NCBI GenBank assembly: GCA_964016885.1
Contig: OZ024741.1
Span: 240,808,001-240,872,000 of the forward strand
From: Eledone cirrhosa
Lineage: Eukaryota
Length of the DNA: 64,000 nucleotides
Reading direction: 5' to 3'
Shown here piece after piece: positions 54,494 to 64,000 of this stretch. A model generated the notes under the pieces. The model saw nothing but the letters and a program-made list of their open reading frames with translations. It had not been told where the DNA came from and ran no database searches. The position numbers and the translations under genes were made by a program. Position 1 is the stretch's first letter. The number at the start of each line of letters is the position of its first letter.

Positions 54494-54618
54494 ACTGTTT
54501 TATTCAATAGAAATCATTTGGAATCTGATGATTTCTTTTGAATGAAACAGTTCTAGTCTTGTTGAAGTCATTTCTATATTAAACTTTATATATATAAACA
54601 TCTATATTCACATGTATA
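54244..54618. repeat. Compound fold-back (three related arms) around (TA)n
   Basis: 54244-54370 inverted versus 54493-54618; internal inversion 54274-54330/54345-54404; GAGTATCT tail-like motif at 54430. Confidence 0.7.
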
Positions 54619-54640
54619 TATATATATATATTTACACACA

Positions 54641-54669
<29 letters not shown>

Positions 54670-54671
<2 letters not shown>

Positions 54672-55194
54672 TAAAATACAAATATTAATAAAATAGATGT
54701 TTTTTTTATCAATAAAATTTTATTATACATATTTCGGAGGTACAACAGTATGTCCTCATCAGAAAAATATAATGATACATGACATACCCTGAGTTGTTAA
54801 ATGGTTAAGATTTAATCATATTTATTTATTAATATGTATAATTGTTTCTACTTTTGGCACAAGGCCAGCAATTATCCCAGAGTATTACTGGTATTTTATT
54901 TTATCGACCCCGTAGGGATGAAAGGCAAAGTTAACCTCGACGGGATTTGAACTCAGACCATAAAGGGCCGTAACTCTTTGCTGCAAAGCATGGCGTCTGA
55001 CCCTCTACCGATACTGCTAATACACCACCCTTAATATTAATATGTATAATAAAATTTAATTGATCAAAAGAACATCTATTTTATTAATATTTGTATTTTA
55101 ATATTAATAATTCTGGAAAATTATTTTTTGTAGAGTGCTTCCAATCTACTGTAAAATTCATTCTTTGATGTACTCATTGAATCTTGTTTAACTC

Positions 55195-55199
<5 letters not shown>
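54670..55199 (+). mobile_element. Fold-back hammerhead cassette with GAGTGCT tail, interrupted by a SINE B
   Basis: 54670-54732 inverted versus 55040-55102; GAGTGCT at 55133; SINE B 54841-55031 (-) flanked by the duplication TATTAATATGTATAAT. Confidence 0.78.
54716..54770 (-). ncRNA. Type-I hammerhead ribozyme motif
   Basis: Minus strand: atattttt-CTGATGA-ggacatac[tgtt]gtacctcc-GAAA-tatgta-TA-ataaaatt. Confidence 0.75.
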
Positions 55200-55243
<44 letters not shown>

Positions 55244-55587
55244 GACCCACACTGTAAATGTGGTTGGTGTTAGGAAGGGCATCCAACTGTAGAAAACCTG
55301 CCAGAAAGTCCTATGCGAGCAAGACAATCACTCTTGCCTCAAGTGGGACTACCCCCGTCCAAACCCATGCAAGCGTGGAACACGGACGTTAAACGTTGAT
55401 GATGATGATGATGATGATATATATATAACAAAGGAAAAAGTCAGGACCCCGAAGCCTGAGCTCCAGTCGTTTTGACAGCCAGTTTGGATCTAGCTGTTGA
55501 AATGACCGGAACTCAGCCTGACTCGGGGTCCTGACATCGGGGTCCTGACTCTTTTCCTATATAATATATATATATATATAGAAAATA

Positions 55588-55777
55588 ATAATAATTGTTT
55601 CTACTTTTGGCACAAGGCGAGCAATTATCCAGTACATTACTGGTACTTAATTTTATCGACCCCGTAAGGATGAAAAGCAAAAACCTGGGCGGGATTTGAA
55701 CTCCGATTGTAAAGGGACGTAACTATGCTGGAAAGCATGGCGTCCGATCCTCTACTGATACTGCCAATCCACCACCT
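55588..55777 (-). mobile_element. SINE family B
   Basis: Family consensus match. Confidence 0.82.
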
Positions 55778-56077
55778 TAGAAATAATAATAATAATAATG
55801 AAATTATTGTGTACAGTGCTCTGGTGCACTACAACTCATTAAAGGTGTATAGTACATAGAATAATGTACAGGATAGTGAACAGTATATGAGTATGATTTA
55901 CACACAGACACATGCGTATGCATGTATGAAGGGGGAATAATATATATGTGTGTGTGTGTGTGAGTGTAGGTGTGTGTGTGTATGTGTTTATGTGAGCATG
56001 TGTGTGTTTATATGCATGCATTTTTGTATGTATATGTGTTGTGTGAGCATATGTATATTCAAAAAGTCTGAAAGTAT

Positions 56078-56955
56078 TCATGTTCTAGTAAGTAGGAAAG
56101 AAGATAGGACCCTGATTCCTCCTGGGAAGTGGTCCTGCTCAATATGTAGAAAAGCTGTGTGCCTAAACTCTATATGATGTACACAATGTACATCTTGGGT
56201 ACACAAGAGATGTAGTGGGGTAACAGGTAGACTACAGGATAGCAAGTCTTTATTTGTAAAAGATGCACCTTGGTAATTGAAAGGAAGAGTATCAAGGATA
56301 TAAGCATTTACCAATCACACGAAGGACTTATAAAAGTGTTTGATAGCTTCTTGCTATCTAGGTGACTTAATTAACATTGTAAGAGGGTGCTTTGGGAGCA
56401 TAATAACTAGAATAAGGATAGGATGGAAAAAAGTTTCTAGAGTTACTCCCATTGTTGTAAACAAAAGGTTTCTTTCTACATACAAAAGGAGGACTGTATG
56501 ATGCCTGTGTGTGAAGTGCAATGCTGCATGGTAGTGAAACATGGGCTGTGACTGCAGACGACATGCATAGGCTGGAGAGAAGGGAAGCAACCGTGCTTTG
56601 TTGGATGTGCAATGTAAATGTGAGAGAAAGGCAGAGCCTGGATGAACTGGGGGAGAAATTGTTTTATGAGGAATCCTAAGTGGTGTGCAAGAGAGAAGAT
56701 TGTATTGGTATGGACATGTGATGCACATGGATGATGATTGCTGAGGGAAGAAGTAATAGGAAATCCCAGTGGAAGGAAGCTGCAGTAGAGGTAGACTAAG
56801 GAAGATCTGAGCAGAGGTGATGAGAGGTGATCTCAAGTCATTGAAACTCACAGAGGAGATGACGATGGAACGCAGTGTGTGGAGAGATGGTATGCTGCAA
56901 ACAACCCATCCAGCCCATGCAAACATAGAAGAATGGACATAAAAACAATGATGAT
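56078..56955 (+). mobile_element. Decayed RTE LINE 3' fragment including the PHD-like finger
   Basis: VLVSRKEDRTLIPPGKWSCSICRKAV; AMLHGSETW; many stop codons. Confidence 0.85.
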
Positions 56956-56972
56956 ATGCACCTACATTCACA

Positions 56973-57003
<31 letters not shown>

Positions 57004-57004
57004 G

Positions 57005-57039
<35 letters not shown>

Positions 57040-57244
57040 ACACACATGTAGACACACACACATATATAAGAGAAAAACTACCTGTGACTTAGCCATAATA
57101 AAGAATATCTGTTAGACACGCAGTGACTAACAACAGAATGTTTTAAGTCTGCGTGTCTGACATATATACGTAGCTTGTGAATAAAAAAATTCAAGGGGTT
57201 TTGCTGGCCGTGGTGATCTCTGCCAAACATCTTTTGTAATGTAT

Positions 57245-57414
57245 TGCCTTATTGGGCTAATTTCATCGTCTTATTGGCTAATCAACCAATGAGAGTATTT
57301 GTTGCTCAAAAGCATCCGCCATTTTGTTTGCACGTTTATTTATCGTTTCGCTTTCGAATCTTCCTCCTGTATTTCGTCGTTTATCATCAAAATATTTTTC
57401 TCGTTTTGGTAAGT
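57245..57414 (+). promoter_or_regulatory. Candidate promoter and non-coding first exon
   Basis: ATTGG (57251), ATTGG (57273), CCAAT (57286), YY1-type CCGCCATTTT (57316), locally CpG-rich, donor TTG|GTAAGT at 57409. Confidence 0.6.
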
Positions 57415-57861
57415 TATATTGTTAATTTATATAGGATTTTTTAAATTTATATTAACTATTTTCTTTTTCAGTTCGTTATAACATGCTTATAATATTGGTT
57501 GTATCATATTTATTTGTATATTTGTCCATATTAGTGTTCGTTTTATGTTAGATTATTTTATTATTATTATGTTAGATTATTTTTTTATTATTATGTTAGA
57601 TTATTTGTATGTAATATTTAATTTTTATTAATTCAACTATAACAATTATTATGTAAAATATATTTATTTAATATTGATTGTTTTTTGTAGTTGTTTATAT
57701 TAAAAGTCTGAAAATATTTTTATACATCTTTCAATAATATTTAGAAGATCATTTATAAAATAACGATTATATAATCTAATTACATTACAACGATAATTTA
57801 TTATTAATATATATCATGTTTAACTAGAGTTATTACAAGCGTTGCCTTAAAAAAATATTAA

Positions 57862-58290
57862 ACTAGACCTGAAATATGCGCAAACTCAAAAGAGCCACAG
57901 AATGTTATAATAAACCTTAAAACGTGTGGGACTAGAGTTGTTGCTCAAAACTATTGTAATCATTATCTATCGTACAATCTGTGGCACCCTTTTATAAAAA
58001 AGAGACTCATAACGAACTCAAGACGATACGATAATTATTTAAGTGAATTTATAATATAGAATTCGGTTTAAGTGCATTTCGTATTAATCATTACTAAACA
58101 TCTAATATGAGATATTGAACATTAGCTTAAATAATTGTCGTCTTGAGTTTGTTATGAGTCTCTTTTTTTTTTATAAAAGGATGCCACAGAGTGTACGATA
58201 GATAACGATTACAGTATTTTTAAGCAACAACTCTAGGTTTATTATAACATTCTGTGGCTCTTTTGAGCCTGCGCATTTTTCAGGTGTAGT
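57862..58290. repeat. Fold-back element with ~170-bp imperfect arms
   Basis: ACTAGACCTGAAATATGCGCA...CTCAAGACGA..ATTATTTAAG versus reverse complement at 58126-58290. Confidence 0.8.
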
Positions 58291-58401
58291 ATATGTATTC
58301 ATATACCTACTTGCTGTTTATATGTATGTATGCATGTATTCATGTGTGTATGTGTATGTGTCCATATTTATGTATGTGCATATCTATCTAGCTATCTATC
58401 T

Positions 58402-58537
<136 letters not shown>

Positions 58538-59052
58538 CGTTTTAGAGGAAACAAGGTTGAGATTTTAATGCTTTAATGAGAAGGAAGGGAAAGAAAAGGA
58601 ATGAAGAGTAAGTTTTTGACATATTGGAATAAATTGTTGGGGCATATAACGGCTATTAAGGAGGTAGATCTTAATTAGCTGATTGATAGGGACAAGGCTA
58701 AAAAAGTACTCAACTAAATTATTTCTAATAGCATTTATCTACTTCAGTAATTTATTCCTATGTCAAAAACTGTATTCCTCCCTCCTCCTCCTTCATCTCA
58801 GTAACATATTAAATTTCAAACATTTTTTCTCTCATCTTTTTATCTTTTTCCCCAAAGGTCACTGCCACCCCCCCCCCCCTCTCCCGCCATTTTCTCCTCT
58901 TAAATGTCCGAAACAACCATATAAAAACATGGCAGTCATTTTGATAATACACCTATGTATTGAAATACTTGGATAAATGTGGGGGAAATTAAAAATGAAT
59001 TGTACATATAACATCATCATCATCACCGTTTAACAACCATTTATATATATAT

Positions 59053-59244
59053 AATAATTGTTTCTACTTTAGGCACAAGGCCAGCAATTACCCAGTGCAT
59101 TACTGGTACTTTATTTTATCGACCCCGTAAGGATGAAAGGCAAAGTCAACCTCGGCGGGATTTGAACTCAGATCGTAAAGGGACGTAACTATGCTGGAAA
59201 GCATGGCGTCCGACCCTCTACCGATACTGCCAATCCACCGCCCT
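59053..59244 (-). mobile_element. SINE family B, full length
   Basis: Family consensus match. Confidence 0.85.
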
Positions 59245-60979
59245 TATATAATAATACAAGGATGAATGGTTATTCCTTCATTACGTTTATTGCTAGCACA
59301 TTTGAGACAAGTTGAGGTCAGATCACCATGTCTCGCTCATTCAGAACTGATTTTGGCCTACACAACCACTTTACAGTATGGGCTAGGTGCTTTGTGTTGG
59401 GACACCTACATGACCACTTTACAGTGTGGGCTGGAAATGAACTGTACATATTATACATAGATACACATCTGCTTAGGTTAGACGACTTGTCCTATTGTGA
59501 ACCAAGTTAGATCGGGTGACTGTGTCTTGCTCAAATAGAACTGTTTCTTACTCGGTTTCTATGGCTGGTTGATCTTTCCTAACACCAACCACATTTTAAG
59601 CATGGATGGAGTGATTATTATCGTGGCACCAAAACAATCGATAGGTTCAACTGGGTAATTTTTCATCATGTTACCAGCATGACCACCTTACAGGGTGGAC
59701 AAAGTGTTTTTGTCATGTCACCTAGATGACCATTTTACATGCATGTGTGTGTATTGATTGAGAGATGCCTTTTAGAGGACTGCTTCTGTCACATATTTTG
59801 TTAATGAGAACAAGACTCATAAATACAAAGTAAAGCAACCAGATTCTATGTGAAGTGAAACAGAATTAATTCTGTAAAATTAGTATGTGGATAAAGAATA
59901 TACATATAATCCATGTATATATAAATATGTATGTATGTATGTGTGTGTGTGTGTGTGTTTGTATATGTATGTATGTGTGTGTGTATGTATGCATGTGTGT
60001 ATGTCTATGTATGTGTATGTATGTATGTGTGTATGTATGCATGTATGTGTGTGTGTATGTATGAATGTGTGTATCTATGTATGTATGTGTGTATGCATAC
60101 ATGTGTGTGCATGTGTTGGGTGTTTTTGTGTTTCACATCTATTTACTTAATGTTCATTTCAATGATAAACTACATTTCATTTGAATTCTTCTAATTTATT
60201 GCCAACAGCCCCCGCCTCCCAAATCACCATCACCACCACCATCACCATGCATACATACAGTTGCATGGACACCAGAACTGCTACCACACACAATTACATA
60301 CACACCACTATCACCACATACAGAGGATTATATACATACCACCTCCACTACCTCGTCCACCAAACACTAGCACCGTTGTTAATAAAACCCAACCTGAATT
60401 AATAAACATATACAACGATCTTCAACTTTCAAGTTTATCTTCCTTAAATTTCATCAGCTTATTTTAATTTCATTTTTTTCTTTTGTTTTATATGATATTT
60501 TATTTTTTTGATATTTTATTTTTTATATTATATTTTATTTTTTATATGATATTTTATTTTTTTGTTAGAATGTTCGTTTAGGAGAGAAAACTGTAACTTA
60601 GTTACCACCGCTACTTGTTCAATAATTATCACTAAACATACAGCCCTTACCAAAAATAACAAAAATATAATGATTGCAAAGAAAAAAATCCTAAAACACA
60701 CATAGAACCCCCTATCCTCTCATCTCCTAATGAAACCCCCCAACTCCTTTAAAAAAAAAGCCAAAAAGCCATGAAATAAAAGTAAGAGAATCTATTACTG
60801 TATGTAATGAAATATTTGTTCAGCAGTAAGAGTTGTGTACCGAATCAACCCTGCAAATGGAGAACTTTAATTTGATAGAAACTCTTACTTCAAACTGACT
60901 GCATTTAATTGCTTAAGTAACAGAAATCAACTTATCATCATTTGTGAATGGCAGTGGATGGAGATGGTGGAAACTAGTT

Positions 60980-61031
<52 letters not shown>

Positions 61032-61277
61032 GTTTTATTCCTCTCTCTATGTGTCGCTGTGTCTATGTGCGTCCCTGCATGGCATGTGTATGTATGCATG
61101 TATGTTGTGTGTTTGCTTTTGTATACGTGTGATTGAGTATGTATGACTGTATGAGTATATTAGAGGTAAGTGTTTCTAAACATGTGTGTACATGTAATTT
61201 TACATGTGTATGTGTGTACACACACACACACACGCATATATATATAAATATGTATGCATCAATATATATATATGCAT

Positions 61278-61373
<96 letters not shown>

Positions 61374-61378
61374 AGTAT

Positions 61379-61708
61379 GGAGGCACATGGCTTAGTGGTT
61401 AGAGCATTGGCCTTGCAATCAAAAGGTTCTCAGACCGGGTGATGTGTTGTTTCCTTGAGCAAGACACTTTATTTCACATTGCTCCAGTTTAATCAGCTGT
61501 AGAAATGAGATGATAGGACTGGGGTCCCTATCATTCCACTGCAAAGTGGTCGTGGAGGTGCCACAGCAAAAAAGCACCCAGCCCACACTGTAAATGAGGT
61601 TGGTGTTAGGAAGGGCATCCAGCTGTAGAGATCAAGTCAGAGTCAGTTCCTGTCCCACCCTTGCAAGCAGCGAAAAGCGGACGTAAAATGATGATGAAGA
61701 TGATGATG
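61379..61708 (+). mobile_element. SINE family A (B-box deleted)
   Basis: Family consensus match. Confidence 0.85.
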
Positions 61709-62444
61709 TGGATATGTCTAACCCATGCTAGCGTGCAAGATAGACGTTAAACGATGATGATGATGATATATCCTCCATCTAGCCCATGGTAGTGTGGATA
61801 ATGATATTAAGAATCATAGAGAAGAGATCCATATCCACCAACACAGAAGAATTCCAAGGAGTTCTCTCTGAAAATGGCTATCCAACTTCTCTTGTGAAAC
61901 AATGAGATGCCTAGACACCACCTAAGAGGATAAGGAAGATAAGCTATCCCTAGGGAGGGTCTGAATATACAACTAGCACACTCTGGACCCTCCTCGAAGA
62001 GATTACTTTCCAAACCCCAACTTGCATACTTGATACATGCACACTTCCTAACTGTCCCATCAACAATGCAGAAATGTACTTGAGAATATATGTGGTCTAT
62101 TGGGCCACATGCAGGTGATGTGTTTCCTCATACATTGGAAGTACTGTCCAGATATTACACAGGTGGATCAAGGAGCACACAACCATGAGAGTTTCCTTTG
62201 TCAAAAACATCTTGATAAATGCTGCAACCATGACATTGAGGTCTCCATACAGGCCATGGAGAGGAATGTGGGGAATTTAAAATTATGCATGTGTATATAT
62301 GTGTATATGTGTATATATGTGTGTGTGTATGAGCAAGTCATAGTCACCTGACCTAGCATTGCCCACAACAGGACAACTCATCTAACCTATGATAGTGTGG
62401 AAAAATGGATGTTAAACCATGATGATGATATATATATATATATA

Positions 62445-62475
<31 letters not shown>

Positions 62476-62581
62476 TTATATTAATAATAAGTAAGGAAAA
62501 GATGCCAAATATATATATGTGTGTGTGTATATATATTTATGTATATATGTATACATATTTATGTATATATGTATATATATT

Positions 62582-62654
<73 letters not shown>

Positions 62655-62664
62655 TCATACATAC

Positions 62665-62824
62665 ATCATCATCATCATCATCATCATTTTACGTCCGCTT
62701 CTCCCTGCTTGCAAGGGTGGGACGGCAACTGATTCTGGCTTGATTTCTACAGCTGGATGTCCTTCCTAACACCAACCTCATTTACAGTGAATGCTGGGTG
62801 CTTTTTTTTTCTGTGGCGCCTACA
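62665..62824 (-). mobile_element. SINE family A, 3' fragment
   Basis: Family consensus match. Confidence 0.8.
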
Positions 62825-63527
62825 TATATATATATATATATATATATACTCCATCATAGAAATGCACATGCATTATGCAACTCGTGGTGCAGCCTCCCAG
62901 GATCCCAGAAACATATCAAACATTTTTATCACTTTATATCAATTTTAATTGAGCCAAGAAGGTCACAGTTAGTGTTCAACCTATTTGTATTGTTGCGGTA
63001 CAAACTATGGTCACAGTTTTTGATCACTTGTCTTGGTGTCACACTTTCTCAACTTTGTGTTTACTCTGGACGAAAATGTATTAATTTTTCACTTCATTGA
63101 GTGCTTTGTGACCATCTCAAGCAATTTGATTAGTATCTGGTATATTGCGGCTACAACTTCGATTTATAACCAATATTATTATTCTCTGAGTTTCATGTAT
63201 TCGATTGATAATGTGTTAGTTATTTTTTGTTTATAAACGCTTGTTGCGAGCTTTTATTTAGGCTGTGAAAATCTCTTTGCTCACGGCCTGAATTTACTCA
63301 CCAACAGTTTGGTCAAGTTGACCTTCCTTTTTTGACACAGGTCACATGATAACACAGGTGAATTTACTATTTCAGTAGAATGCCTCAATATCTCCAGATC
63401 GAACCATGTTGGATAATATGGATGGAACAAAGCCTGCCAATGAAGGGAACTCCAGTTACATCGTGAGATTGCAGATATGACTTACATATGAATTATGCAA
63501 ATCGTGGTGCAGCTTTTATATATATCA

Positions 63528-63929
63528 ACATCATCATCATCACCATTTTATCATCATTTTACGTCCGCTTTTCCCTGCTTGCAAGAGTGGTATGGGAACT
63601 GATTCTGGCTTGATTTCTACAGCTGGATGCCCTTCCCAACACCAACCTCATTTACAGTGAGTGGTGGGTGATTTTTTTTCCGTGGTGCCTACACGTCCAC
63701 TTTACAGTGAGTGCTGAGTGCTTTTTTGCCGGGGTGCCTACTTGACCACTTTACAGTGGAATGATATGGACTGAGGTCCATATCATCTCATTTCTACAGC
63801 TGAGTAAACTGGAGCAATGTGAAATAAAGTGTCTTGCTCAAGGAAACAACACATCACCCGGTCTGAGAATTGAACTCACAACCTTTCGATTGCAAGGCCA
63901 ATGCTCTAACCACTAAGCCATGTGCCTCC
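63528..63929 (-). mobile_element. SINE family A, full length with a duplicated internal unit
   Basis: Family consensus match. Confidence 0.88.
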
Positions 63930-64000
63930 ATATATATATATAAATAAATACATACCTCCATATATATATATATATGCAGCACCTTCAACATCACCCCTTC

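Noticed and set aside
54515-54560. CTGATGA...GAAA as an intact hammerhead
   Set aside because: No stem II between the boxes and no stem I pairing; at most a 3' half of a motif

Overview
Eukaryotic, very AT-rich, microsatellite-dense animal DNA, most consistent with an octopod cephalopod (inferred from the protocadherin, the SINE families and the (TA)n load). One host coding exon is clear: a 2.4-kb protocadherin exon on the minus strand (signal peptide, 6 cadherin repeats, TM) with canonical splice sites. A candidate CCAAT/YY1 promoter and first exon of a plus-strand transcript lies near 57.3 kb. Most listed ORFs are translations of (TA)n/(CA)n. The rest is transposon debris: RTE LINE fragments carrying a PHD-like finger, tRNA-headed SINEs, a CR1 3' end, two Helitrons, mariner/pogo MITEs and a U6 fragment. 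The main hidden structure is about 14 minimal type-I hammerhead ribozyme motifs (plus about 4 decayed ones). Most sit in short fold-back cassettes embedded in (TA)n that share a CTCC...GAGTGCT tail about 60 nt from the (TA)n junction. Two Penelope-like (GIY-YIG) remnants carry such hammerheads, and one carries the exact tail motif, suggesting a multi-family, (TA)n-associated Penelope/hammerhead fold-back system. All alignments and folds were done by eye, so boundaries may be off by a few nt.
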